Assembly (NCBI GenBank): GCA_963676795.2
Contig: CAXXTB010000002.1
Location: 2,048,001-2,112,000, forward strand
Direction of reading: 5' to 3'
Origin: Geopsychrobacteraceae bacterium
Lineage (GTDB): Bacteria; Desulfobacterota; Desulfuromonadia; Desulfuromonadales; Geopsychrobacteraceae
DNA: 64,000 bases
The translations under genes were made by a program, and so were the position numbers. Below are positions 32,542 to 42,236 of this stretch, in pieces (position 1 is the stretch's first letter; the number at the start of each line of letters is the position of its first letter). Below the pieces are notes generated by a model that saw only the letters and a list, made by a program, of their open reading frames with translations, was not told the DNA's origin and did no database searches.

Positions 32542-33531
32542 TCAGGCCGATTGAACCTTTTTGCCAGCCTGCCCCTTGAGAGCCTCTTCGCTTTCGTACT
32601 TCTTGATGAAGGATTCAGCCAGGGCGACATCCTCTTTACAGCCGATAAAGACCGGCGAACGTTCATGGATCTGAGTCGGCTTGAGATCGAGGATCCGTGT
32701 GTGCCCATCAGATGCGGCACCACCGGCCTGCTCGACCAGGTAGGCCATCGGGTTCAGTTCAAAAAGCAGGCGTAATTTCCCCTGAGGCTGGGTTTTCAGA
32801 TGCGGATAGAAGAAAATCCCCTTCCCCTTGAGCAGCACCTGATTGATATCCGGGACGAAACCGCCACTGTAGCGCAGCTTGACACCCCGCTCTTCAAGGG
32901 AGGAGACAAAGGCTTCAACACCTGGCGTATAAAGATTGCGCTGGCCACCCGGAGCATAGAGGTTACCACTCGGCTCGAGCCTGATATTCTCGCGCAGCAG
33001 GGTGAACTCCATCAGGTTGTTCATACCGAATTCATGGACCCCTTTGCCGACGCTGTAAACCAGGGTTGTCCGCGGCCCGTACAGAATATAGATGGCACCG
33101 ACCTGATTGCGCCCGTGCTGCAACAGCTCACAGCCTTCATAAATGGAAACGATGGTACCGACCGCCAGATTGACATCGACCAGCGAAGAACCGTCCAACG
33201 GATCGAAAGCAACGGAATACTTACCTTCACAATCGGGGGAGATCGGCAGGATCTCGTCCATCTCCTCAGACATCATGTTGGCGACGACCCGCGAATGCTC
33301 AAGGCGCTTGCGCAGGATCCGGTCAGCCAGCACGTCAAGGGCCAGCTGCTCTTCGCCATAGAGGTTAGAGGTACCGGCAACCCCGAGGTCACCGGTTCGA
33401 ATCGAGTTGATAATGTATTTCGAGGCCTCGGCGATTTCACAAATCAGGTGAATCAGGCTTTCGTGAACATAATTCTCACGCAGGTGCCTGCGCAGGTCGA
33501 TCTGAAACTTTGTTTTTCCCGGTTCGCTCAT
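32542..33531 (-). CDS. fbp: Class 1 fructose-1,6-bisphosphatase
   Basis: SEE, FDPLDGSS, LRYSGG, GKLRLLFE. Confidence 0.95.
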   Translation of the reverse strand: MSEPGKTKFQIDLRRHLRENYVHESLIHLICEIAEASKYIINSIRTGDLGVAGTSNLYGEEQLALDVLADRILRKRLEHSRVVANMMSEEMDEILPISPDCEGKYSVAFDPLDGSSLVDVNLAVGTIVSIYEGCELLQHGRNQVGAIYILYGPRTTLVYSVGKGVHEFGMNNLMEFTLLRENIRLEPSGNLYAPGGQRNLYTPGVEAFVSSLEERGVKLRYSGGFVPDINQVLLKGKGIFFYPHLKTQPQGKLRLLFELNPMAYLVEQAGGAASDGHTRILDLKPTQIHERSPVFIGCKEDVALAESFIKKYESEEALKGQAGKKVQSA

Positions 33532-33671
33532 GCGAAGGTCTCTCCCTATCGGTGGATATCAATCAGAAAATTTGAATCGGTACTACGTGCTTGCCTTGAA
33601 TCAATCAGGACAGTCTAGCCCAGAATGGCGGCAACGGCAACCATTGTCTCACAGTTAGGAACCGTTTCGCA

Positions 33672-34457
33672 TCAGCCCTGATTCCCCTCACCGGGGGAAT
33701 CACACCAGAGCAGAGTCGCCCCGACAACGGCCAGCGGGATGCAGAAAAACTGGACGAAAGGGATGGCCAGCAGCACGAAGACGCTGCAGGAGAAGCCGCC
33801 CATCAGCAGTGGTCGCCGAAAGAGATAACGCCGCAGCTGAGAAAAACTGTAGTGCTTACGCATGGTCACAAACGCCATGTATTCGACACCGAGGAAGAAC
33901 AGGGTCAGCAGCGGCGCGAAAACCGTGTAAACGAGGGTTCCGACCAGAGGCAGAAAATTCAGCGAAAGCAGGATAATCATACAGGCGACGAAAAAAGCCA
34001 TCTTCTTGAGTTCATAGCCGACGGCATATTTCGCTTCGCTCAGGATCATGGCCAGCCCCATCCCCTGCTCAGGAGACTCCCCGCGCACCAATAACTCGGT
34101 CCGCTCGGAAAGAAACTCGTTGAACGGCGAAGCGATCAGGTTGCCGATCAGGGTGAAGGTGAAGAAGACAATCACCGTCGTCAGCAGCAGGGCCACCACC
34201 CAGGCCAGATAGTAGAGGATCAGCCCATACCAGACCTCGCTGCCCGGAGCATAGTGCTCAAGAGCCCAGTCAAACCAGCCAAGGCCGAAATAGACCACCG
34301 CCGAAAAAATAATCAGGTTGATCAGGAACGGGATTGCGACATAGCGCAACAGGCTCGGATGGCGGCGAAAGAAGCCGACGGCCCGGAAGGGGTAACTGAA
34401 GCCCCGGCCGAAACCGGAGACCGGCCGGACAGCGGCGGAACCGACTTGCTTGATCAT
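33672..34457 (-). CDS. EI24/CysZ-like membrane protein
   Basis: IPFLIN, NLIASPFNEFLSE, multiple TM segments. Confidence 0.75.
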   Translation of the reverse strand: MIKQVGSAAVRPVSGFGRGFSYPFRAVGFFRRHPSLLRYVAIPFLINLIIFSAVVYFGLGWFDWALEHYAPGSEVWYGLILYYLAWVVALLLTTVIVFFTFTLIGNLIASPFNEFLSERTELLVRGESPEQGMGLAMILSEAKYAVGYELKKMAFFVACMIILLSLNFLPLVGTLVYTVFAPLLTLFFLGVEYMAFVTMRKHYSFSQLRRYLFRRPLLMGGFSCSVFVLLAIPFVQFFCIPLAVVGATLLWCDSPGEGNQG

Positions 34458-35326
34458 GGGTTCCCCCCACAGGCCGCCAGCCCCGCATCCAGGGTCGGAT
34501 AGAGCAGCTCGATCTGCAGGTCATGGAGCAGCTTTGCATTCGACATACGCCGCGATTCCTTGAGAAAAGAGAGGGTCAGCGGATTCATGACCTTTTCGGC
34601 TTCGGCCATGCTCAACTGTTCCGGCTGAGGCAGACCGCAACATGTCGCCACCCGGCTGAAGTAGTCGCTCATGCTGCTCGCATTGCCGTCACAGACATTG
34701 AAGATAGCGCCCCCCTCACCTCTCTCCATCGCGGCCAGACAGATGCGCACCAGATCGAGGCTGTGAATGCGATTGGTCAGGGGAGAATCCTCGGGGCGCA
34801 GGACCTGGTGACCTTTGGTCAGCTGAGCGACAGGCAGGCGGCCGGGACCGTAGATACCGGTCACCCTGAGGATCACCAGATCGAAGCCCAGATCGCGGGC
34901 CTTTTCCTGCAGCTGGGATTCAGCACTGACCCGACGTTTGGCCCGGCTCGTCTGCGAATTGAGCGGCGTATCCTCGGTCACCAAGGCTCCCCCGCAGTCA
35001 CCGTAAACACCGCTGGTGCTGATGTAGACGATTTTTGCAGGGCAGTTATCCGCAGCCAGCTGTCGGCAGAAATTGGTCATCCGGTAATCGCTGCTGCCGC
35101 CCCCCTGGGGAGGCATGAAGTAATAAATGTACTGTCCCCGCAACTCCAGGGCGGGAAGCTCGTCACGATAATCGAAATCGGCGATTGTCGCAGCAATCCC
35201 CAACTCCGCCAGCCGCTGTCGGCTCTCTTCGCTATGCGCCGTCGCCAGGACCGAGGCCCCGCGCTCCAGCAAACTGCGGGCGACACGCTTGCCGATATCG
35301 CCACATCCAACAATCAGATAAGACAT
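34454..35326 (-). CDS. NAD-dependent epimerase/SDR (YeeZ-like)
   Basis: IVGCGDIG, YISTSGVYGD, GIYGPGR, NRIH. Confidence 0.85.
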   Translation of the reverse strand: MSYLIVGCGDIGKRVARSLLERGASVLATAHSEESRQRLAELGIAATIADFDYRDELPALELRGQYIYYFMPPQGGGSSDYRMTNFCRQLAADNCPAKIVYISTSGVYGDCGGALVTEDTPLNSQTSRAKRRVSAESQLQEKARDLGFDLVILRVTGIYGPGRLPVAQLTKGHQVLRPEDSPLTNRIHSLDLVRICLAAMERGEGGAIFNVCDGNASSMSDYFSRVATCCGLPQPEQLSMAEAEKVMNPLTLSFLKESRRMSNAKLLHDLQIELLYPTLDAGLAACGGNP

Positions 35327-35348
35327 TGAGCTTCGATCCCCCACCCCT

Positions 35349-37988
35349 TCAATCAAGGCTTTTGCTGACAATCTCATACAGATCGCGCGACAGCTTGGCG
35401 GCCTTGAGCAGCTCGAGCTGTTCTTTCATCAGGCCACCTCTTGCTGATTCCAGCCGCTTCCAGCGCGTCAGCGGAGCGGCCATCCTGGCCGCAAGCTGTG
35501 GATTCTTACTATCTATCTGGATAATCTGGTCGACCAGCAGGCGGTAACCGGCCCCGTCGCCGCGATGGAATACCGCCTGGTTCTGGGCAAAAGAACCGAT
35601 CAGCGAGCGGGCGCGGTTCGGGTTCGCCAGGGTGAAGTCGGGATGTTCAAGCAGCCTGACGATCTCAGCATAGGTTTCGTCCCGATGCCCGAGCGCCTGG
35701 ACACTGAACCACTTGTCGAGCAGCAGCGGATGCCTGTGCCACTGGGCATGGAAGTCGGCGATAATCTCTGAACGTTCCGGGATAAGGCTGTCGGCGATAA
35801 CCCCGAAAGCGGCAAGGCGATCGGTCATGTTGGTCGCTCCGCGATACTGGGCCAGGCTGATTTCACGCGCCCGGTCTTCTTCCAGGCGCATCAGCTGCAC
35901 CAGGCAGAAATTTTTCAGCGCGCGTTGACCCAGATCAGCCGCAGCGAGTCGATAGCCACCATCAGTCGCGACATTCTCTGCATAGCGCTGGTAAAGCAGA
36001 TCACGGTTGCGCTCATCCAGCAGCTTGAGAGCCGCGCTGCGCACCTGGCGAAGCAGCTGCGGATCAAAACCATCGATCAGCTCAGCCAGGTACTGCTCAC
36101 TCGGCAGGGTCAGCAACTGGACCAGCAGGCTGGGGTCAGCACTGCGATCAGCAAGAGCGCTGCTCCAGGCGTCGATAAAGACATCCTGCAACTGCCCGGA
36201 CCGACCGTTCTGAGCGCCCCGATAGAGACGCAGAAGTTCCTTGCTGGCGAGCATCTGCCCAGCCTCCCAGCGATTGAACGGGTCAGTATCATGGGCCATG
36301 CGAAAAGCCAGGTCTGCGTCGGAGAGATCGACCTCAAGCTTGACCGGGGCCGAAAAACCGCGCAGCGGCGAGAGCACCGGCCGCTCAGGAAGATTGATAA
36401 AGACGAACTCCTGCTCTGCTGCCGTGATATCGAGAACCCGCGTCGTCGCCCCCGGCTGGGCTTCCCCGTCAAGCTGCAGGGGCAGATCCTGCCCGGCAGA
36501 ATCAAGCAGGCCGAGACTGAGAGGGATATGGAACGGCAGTTTTTCTGGCTGCCCCGGCGTTGGTGGGCAGTTCTGGAAAACCTGAAGCGTCAGTGTCCCG
36601 GCTGCTTCGTCATAGTCCTGGACAATCTTCACGGATGGCGTCCCCGCCTGGGCATACCAGCGCCGAAAGAGCTCCAGATCGGCACCGCCGGCCTCCTCCA
36701 TGGCCGCCACGAAATCGTCACAGGTGGCGGCTTCGCCGTCGTGGCGGCTGAGGTAAAGCTGAACACCGGCGATAAACCGCTCACGGCCGAGCAGGGTCTG
36801 CATCATGCGGATCACCTCGGCGCCCTTGTTGTAGACCGTTGTCGTGTAGAAATTGTTGATCTCCACATAGGATTCAGGGCGCACCGGATGGGCCATCGGG
36901 CCGCTGTCCTCGGGAAACTGGAACTGGCGCAACACGCGCACGTCATCGATCCGCTTGACCGCACGGGAATTCATGTCGGAGGAGAATTCCTGATCGCGGA
37001 AGACGGTCAGTCCCTCCTTGAGACTCAGCTGGAACCAGTCCCGGCAGGTCACCCGGTTGCCGGTCCAGTTATGAAAATATTCGTGAGCGATCACCGATTC
37101 GACCCCGAGATAGTCGATATCGGTGGCGGTCTCCGGATGGGCAAGAACGTACTTGGAGTTAAAAACGTTCAACCCCTTGTTCTCCATCGCTCCCATGTTG
37201 AAATCATCTACTGCAACGATCATGTAGCGATCAAGGTCGTATTCGAGGCCGTAGACCTCCTCATCCCACTTCAGCGACTTCTTCAGCGACTCCATGGCGT
37301 GATCACAATAATCGGCGTTACGCGGCTCGACATAGATCTGCAGCAGCACATCGCGCCCGGTCATGGTGGTGAAGTGATCCTCAAGGCAAACCAGGTTGCC
37401 AGCCACCAGCGCGAAGAGATAGCTCGGCTTACGGAACGGGTCTTCCCACTGGGCAAAATGGCGCCCGCCTTCCAGCTCTCCCCGGGCAATCAGATTGCCA
37501 TTGCTCAAGAGCACAGGAACCGACCTGTCAGCCTCGATCCGGACCCGGAATTTAGCCAAGACATCCGGACGGTCAAGATAGTAGGTTATCTTGCGGAACC
37601 CTTCGGCCTCACACTGGGTACAATAGTTACCGCTCGACTGGTAGAGCCCTTCCATCGAGGTGTTGCCCGGCGGATCGATCCGCGTCACAACCTCTAGGAC
37701 AAAGGTCTCTGCAGGCCGGGCAAGCGTCAGGCTCTCGGCGTCGACGGCATACTCATGATCAGCAAGCTGGCGGCCGTCAACTTTCAGCTCCAGCAGTTCA
37801 AGCTGCTCACCGACCAGGACCAGAGGCTCCAGAACCCCGTTTCGGTCGGGATTCAGACGCAGCTGAAGGCGTGAATGAACGTGCGTTTTTTCACCCAGAT
37901 CGAAATCGAGGTCGACCTGATCGATCAGAAAAGCCGGGGTTGTATAATCGTGACGATAAATGGCCTGTGGCATATCTGCAGAATTCAT
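35349..37988 (-). CDS. pepN: Aminopeptidase N
   Basis: GAMENKG, HEYFH...E, TQCEAEGFR, YNKGAE. Confidence 0.96.
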   Translation of the reverse strand: MNSADMPQAIYRHDYTTPAFLIDQVDLDFDLGEKTHVHSRLQLRLNPDRNGVLEPLVLVGEQLELLELKVDGRQLADHEYAVDAESLTLARPAETFVLEVVTRIDPPGNTSMEGLYQSSGNYCTQCEAEGFRKITYYLDRPDVLAKFRVRIEADRSVPVLLSNGNLIARGELEGGRHFAQWEDPFRKPSYLFALVAGNLVCLEDHFTTMTGRDVLLQIYVEPRNADYCDHAMESLKKSLKWDEEVYGLEYDLDRYMIVAVDDFNMGAMENKGLNVFNSKYVLAHPETATDIDYLGVESVIAHEYFHNWTGNRVTCRDWFQLSLKEGLTVFRDQEFSSDMNSRAVKRIDDVRVLRQFQFPEDSGPMAHPVRPESYVEINNFYTTTVYNKGAEVIRMMQTLLGRERFIAGVQLYLSRHDGEAATCDDFVAAMEEAGGADLELFRRWYAQAGTPSVKIVQDYDEAAGTLTLQVFQNCPPTPGQPEKLPFHIPLSLGLLDSAGQDLPLQLDGEAQPGATTRVLDITAAEQEFVFINLPERPVLSPLRGFSAPVKLEVDLSDADLAFRMAHDTDPFNRWEAGQMLASKELLRLYRGAQNGRSGQLQDVFIDAWSSALADRSADPSLLVQLLTLPSEQYLAELIDGFDPQLLRQVRSAALKLLDERNRDLLYQRYAENVATDGGYRLAAADLGQRALKNFCLVQLMRLEEDRAREISLAQYRGATNMTDRLAAFGVIADSLIPERSEIIADFHAQWHRHPLLLDKWFSVQALGHRDETYAEIVRLLEHPDFTLANPNRARSLIGSFAQNQAVFHRGDGAGYRLLVDQIIQIDSKNPQLAARMAAPLTRWKRLESARGGLMKEQLELLKAAKLSRDLYEIVSKSLD

Positions 37989-38221
37989 AGTGATAACTCG
38001 CATGGCGTAGCGGATTGCTTTTTTGAGCAGCCCGATAGAGGTTTCATATTCTGTTCAAGATAACATTTTTGACCCGCAGGTAAAAGACGCTTGCCGCAAC
38101 AAAGACGGGCAGCCGTATGGATAGTCAAAACGGCACTTCTCGCCCTAAAGATCAATCACAGGGGAAAAGTGCCGTTCTTTGCGAGCGACAAAAGTAAAGT
38201 GGCTCTAGCCGATCAAATCGA

Positions 38222-39361
38222 TCAGGCGTCGATATCAAGCGGAGCCTGTTCTGTCAGGCCCAGCTCTCCATCAGGACGCGGATAGAGGGTAGATCGATAG
38301 CCATTTTCATCCAGCGCCGACAACCCGACCGGGGCAAACGAGGCAAAGTTGAAACGCAGGAAGCTGGCTGACTCCTCCTCTTCGATGCGCAGATTCCAGA
38401 CCCGGGTCAACGTCTGATACAAATTGCCGTCTGCGCCATCGACATCATCAACTCCGGCATACAGGCCATCCATCGTCTCCTCAGCGGCTGAGTTCCCAGC
38501 CTCGACATCAGCTTCAGATTCTGCCGCAGGAGGTGACTGCACCAGCGGAGAGCGGGTCAACTGCTGACTGATTTCAAGCAGGCTGGAGCGGTTGACAACC
38601 AGGGCTTCGAACCCTGCCGTCATGCTCGTGGCATCCGCAGTGGCGGGGAGTGCAGCGGCATCCCCCTCTTCATCCGACAAGCCCTCCGCAGCAAGCGCCC
38701 CGTCGAGCTGCAGATCGAACAGTGACAGCGACAGGCTGTCTGAGCTGCTGCGGCTGATGGAGAATTCGCCACTGGTCAGATTCAGGGAAAAATCGAAGGT
38801 TCGCGTCTGAACAGCCGAGACCAGCAGGCCGGAGGCAGCAACGGAGGACGAAGAAGTTCCTTCGGCATTTGACTGATAGGAATCCTGCAGCTGATAGGCC
38901 TCGATACTGACACTGCGCGTCATCGAAACGGAGAGGTCGATCTGCTCGGCGCCCCCTTCCTGAAGGGCAGAGGTCAGACTGCGCGACAGCTGCTTGGCCA
39001 GTTGCGGAGCTAGTCCCATCCCTTTGAACAGCTTGCTGAAATCCTTGCCAATTCGGCGCAAACCGCCCCGGGATATTTCCTCTTCGGCCGTCGCCGAATC
39101 GACCTGGGTTGCCGAATCAAGAGCCCTGGACAGTGATTGACTCAGGTCTGAAAAAGCCTTGAGGCTTCTCTTGTCGTTGATCTGATGCTGATTCGCCCGG
39201 GACTCAAGAGCAGCGCTCAGGACGCTGCCCTTGCCATGAGAATGACGCGATTCTGCAGAATCGCTGATCTGTTCAGAATGCCGGGCCGGATACTTTGCTG
39301 CCGCTGGGCTGTAGGAGGTAGGTGGAAGCGCTGAAGTTACGGACGTGACCGATTGACTCAT
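38222..39361 (-). CDS. Ser/Ala/acidic-rich hypothetical protein
   Basis: Long ORF with GGAG RBS; no recognised domain; sigma28-like promoter upstream. Confidence 0.7.
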   Translation of the reverse strand: MSQSVTSVTSALPPTSYSPAAAKYPARHSEQISDSAESRHSHGKGSVLSAALESRANQHQINDKRSLKAFSDLSQSLSRALDSATQVDSATAEEEISRGGLRRIGKDFSKLFKGMGLAPQLAKQLSRSLTSALQEGGAEQIDLSVSMTRSVSIEAYQLQDSYQSNAEGTSSSSVAASGLLVSAVQTRTFDFSLNLTSGEFSISRSSSDSLSLSLFDLQLDGALAAEGLSDEEGDAAALPATADATSMTAGFEALVVNRSSLLEISQQLTRSPLVQSPPAAESEADVEAGNSAAEETMDGLYAGVDDVDGADGNLYQTLTRVWNLRIEEEESASFLRFNFASFAPVGLSALDENGYRSTLYPRPDGELGLTEQAPLDIDA

Positions 39362-39425
39362 AAGCTTCTCCATAGGTTTTCATTTGTCTTTTATTGTTTA
39401 CATTTGATTAAGTCTAGACGACTTC

Positions 39426-39453
39426 TTTTCGACAGTCCGCAGGGAAATCTTTA
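39426..39453 (-). promoter_or_regulatory. Sigma28 (FliA)-like promoter
   Basis: Minus strand TAAA-16 bp-GTCGAAAA versus consensus TAAA-N15/16-GCCGATAA. Confidence 0.5.
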
Positions 39454-39548
39454 CAGCCAAAGAGCAACAGATGCGCCCTTTGAATAGAAAAAGGCACACC
39501 AGATTGCAGTGCGCCTTTCTTAAAAACAGATTTTGTTATGCAAATTTC

Positions 39549-39752
39549 TCAGACCGGAAAGGCTTCCAGCGCCTGTTCCTCGTTCCAGAGTTCGACAGCT
39601 TCGGCAAGAGAAGCGGCCACGGCCATCTTTTCACAACAATCCTTCGAACAATAGATTCCGTAACGGCTCGATGGCGCAAAGCCGCTCGGTCCGAAACGTT
39701 TTGCCTGACCTCCACAACGGCAGGGAACCGCCGGATGTAGTTGCATATCCAT
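39549..39752 (-). CDS. Small Cys-rich protein resembling Lar restriction-alleviation family
   Basis: PCRCGG...IYC...C...EAVELWN; GGAG RBS; hairpin downstream at about 39485-39520. Confidence 0.55.
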   Translation of the reverse strand: MDMQLHPAVPCRCGGQAKRFGPSGFAPSSRYGIYCSKDCCEKMAVAASLAEAVELWNEEQALEAFPV

Positions 39753-39873
39753 ATCTCTCACTCCTGACAAAAAATAAATAACCCCCGTTCGCCCGTTATC
39801 CGGGGGACAATAGAACTATTTATCTATTTAATCGCATTATTGAGTCAAGAGCATTTGGCGAGACCAGCAGAGC

Positions 39874-40392
39874 CTATTCGTAATCGCGATAGAGCAAGCT
39901 GGGCTGAATCCCCGAATTTCCCTGGTATTTTCCACTTGAATATTCTTCGTACTCACCTTCCAGGGTGTGATAATAGATCTGGCAGATCTCGACCCCGGCA
40001 TAGATGCGAATCGGCTCAACACAGAAAATTTCCAGCGTCCAGTAGCCCTTGAAGCCGACGTCGCCAAACCCGGCGGTGACATGGATAAACAACCCCAGGC
40101 GGCCGACCGAAGAACGCCCCTCAAGCATCGGCACCAGATTGTGGGTTTCGGTGTACTCGGCCGTGCGCCCCAGGTAGAGACGATTGGTCTCAAGCACCAG
40201 CCCTTGCTCAGGAATGCGGATCAGTTCATGCGGATTTTCGCGTTTCATATCGAGAGGACTCTGGGTATAGATCAGCAGTTCATCATGCAGGCTCAGGTTG
40301 TAACTGTTCGGATTGATCCGTTGCGGCTGATAGGGATCAATAATGATGTCGCCGTTCATCCTGGAGGCGATCTCTTTACCGGAGAGAATCAT
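39874..40392 (-). CDS. dcd: dCTP deaminase
   Basis: NPNSYNL, EGRSSVGRLG, TAGFGDVGF.G.WTLE, ICQ, KYQG. Confidence 0.92.
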   Translation of the reverse strand: MILSGKEIASRMNGDIIIDPYQPQRINPNSYNLSLHDELLIYTQSPLDMKRENPHELIRIPEQGLVLETNRLYLGRTAEYTETHNLVPMLEGRSSVGRLGLFIHVTAGFGDVGFKGYWTLEIFCVEPIRIYAGVEICQIYYHTLEGEYEEYSSGKYQGNSGIQPSLLYRDYE

Positions 40393-40581
40393 AGGCTGTC
40401 TGTTCCAATCTGGATTGATATTGTAATGGCTTGTCCGACCGACTTGCTGAATCAGTGCATATCCTATTGAAGGTACCAAGTACAGGTCAAGTGGCAGGAG
40501 ACTCGCGGAGCGAAGCATAAATTCGACGACAATAGCCGCTAAGCACTGGTCAAGATATAAATGACGTGCTATTTTCTCGCA

Positions 40582-40899
40582 TCAGTCCCGAATGGTCCCG
40601 CAGGACCAGCAGGCACCGAAGTGCCCGTCACAAAGCTCGTGACAGTTCGGGCAGAGCCACGGCGGCTCAGTATTTGGGTCGCTCTTCAGCCAGGCATCGA
40701 GAAACATCTTCGCCCGTGGAAAAACTTCGTCATCGACAACCCAGAGTTCCGGATAACACTCAATAAACGGAATTTCACCGGTAGCGGAGGCAAGTTGCTC
40801 ATTGCGCAAAATACACTCGATCCCCTCCTGGGCAAGAATATCTCTGATCATCCCTGCCTGCAGCCGATCCTGAAAACTGAATACATGAAGTTTTTTCAT
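40582..40899 (-). CDS. DUF2007-like protein with C-terminal zinc finger
   Basis: GIEC.LRNE, YPELWV, WLCPNC...FGACWSCG. Confidence 0.8.
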   Translation of the reverse strand: MKKLHVFSFQDRLQAGMIRDILAQEGIECILRNEQLASATGEIPFIECYPELWVVDDEVFPRAKMFLDAWLKSDPNTEPPWLCPNCHELCDGHFGACWSCGTIRD

Positions 40900-40981
40900 G
40901 CGCCTATTATAGGCTGAGAAATCGCTTTTTTAAAAATAATTGAGTAATATTAAAGTCAAATTGTCACAAGGAGTGGAAATT

Positions 40982-42040
40982 ATGGATTTGTCGACCAGCT
41001 ACATGGGCCTGCAACTGAAAAACCCGTTCGTCGTATCGGCCAGCACCCTGACCGGAGACGTCGACTCGATCATTGAATGTGCCAATGCCGGGGCCGGGGC
41101 CATTGTCCTGAAATCGCTCTTCGAAGAAGAGATCGCCGCCGAGATTGATGCCTTGAGCCAGAATGCCGATGACTATTCCGGCTACGGCGAAGCCTACGAT
41201 TACCTCCAGGGCTACGGTCAGGCGCTGGGTCCACAGGGCTACCTGGACCTGGTCAAGGAAGCCAAACAGAAGACCGACATCCCGATTATCGCCAGCCTGA
41301 ACTGCGTCTCCAACAACAGTTGGGGGGATTACGCGAAGAAGCTCGAAGCCGCTGGCGCAGATGGCCTGGAACTGAACATCGGCCTGATGCCGAACAGCAT
41401 CAAACAGGATGGGACCGACATCATCGATACCTATCTGCGCATCGTCTATGAAGTCAAAGAGCAGGTCAGCATTCCCGTCGCCGTCAAGGTCGGCCCCTAT
41501 TTCACCTCCTTCGGCAACTTTGCCGACCGGATCGCCACCGAGCGCCATGAAGCACCGGCCTACAGCGTCGGCTGGATGGGCAAGGACACCCAGGCCGGCA
41601 AGGTCACCTGGAAAGGCGTAGACGCGATCGTTCTGTTCAACCGTTTCTACAAACTGGATATCGATATAGACACCAAGTCGCTGACCCAAGGGGTCTCCTA
41701 CAGCACCCCGGCAGAACTCAGCCACAGCCTGCGCTGGACCTCTCTGCTGACCGGCAAGATCGGCTGCGACCTGGCCTGCAACACGGGCATCCATGACGGC
41801 CGCGACGCCATCAAAGCGCTGCTGGCCGGCGCCAAGGTGGTTGAACTCTGCTCGACCCTGTTCATCAACGGCCTCGGCCAGATTGGCGTTATGCAACAGC
41901 AGCTCTGCGACTGGATGAGCAAAAACGAGTACTCGAAACTCTGCGATTTCCGCGGGCTGGTCAGCCAGACGGTCAGCAAGAATCCTGAAGAGTTCGAGCG
42001 TCTGCAGTACGTCAAGCTGTTCGTTGGCATGGAAAAATAG
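40982..42040 (+). CDS. Dihydroorotate dehydrogenase-like flavoprotein
   Basis: YMGLQLKNP, VLKSLFEE, IIASLN, LELN, VLFNRFY. Confidence 0.85.
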   Translation: MDLSTSYMGLQLKNPFVVSASTLTGDVDSIIECANAGAGAIVLKSLFEEEIAAEIDALSQNADDYSGYGEAYDYLQGYGQALGPQGYLDLVKEAKQKTDIPIIASLNCVSNNSWGDYAKKLEAAGADGLELNIGLMPNSIKQDGTDIIDTYLRIVYEVKEQVSIPVAVKVGPYFTSFGNFADRIATERHEAPAYSVGWMGKDTQAGKVTWKGVDAIVLFNRFYKLDIDIDTKSLTQGVSYSTPAELSHSLRWTSLLTGKIGCDLACNTGIHDGRDAIKALLAGAKVVELCSTLFINGLGQIGVMQQQLCDWMSKNEYSKLCDFRGLVSQTVSKNPEEFERLQYVKLFVGMEK

Positions 42041-42180
42041 CTTCTGTCCGGACACGGCCCTTTTCCGCTGTGGCTGTGTCAATCTGCGGGCTTGTTTGTG
42101 CGGCGTATAACACTACGCCTCCGCGCAAGCCCTTGATTTCCTTGCCACAACGAAAAATTGCTCGTTTCCGAATCAGAAAC
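42040..42180. repeat. Structured dispersed repeat, copy 2 (~141 bp)
   Basis: Homologous to 25179-25320; the last ~34 nt are identical. Confidence 0.9.
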
Positions 42181-42236
42181 AACACTGTTCAGCTCTGGAT
42201 TTCCAGACAGCACCTGTTAACAAAAGAGAGGTCGGC

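Noticed and set aside
25179..42180. The two 141-bp repeats as ends of one mobile element or as CRISPR repeats
   Set aside because: They bracket core genes (aspS, hisS, fbp), are only about 85% identical, and there is no integrase, transposase or spacer array
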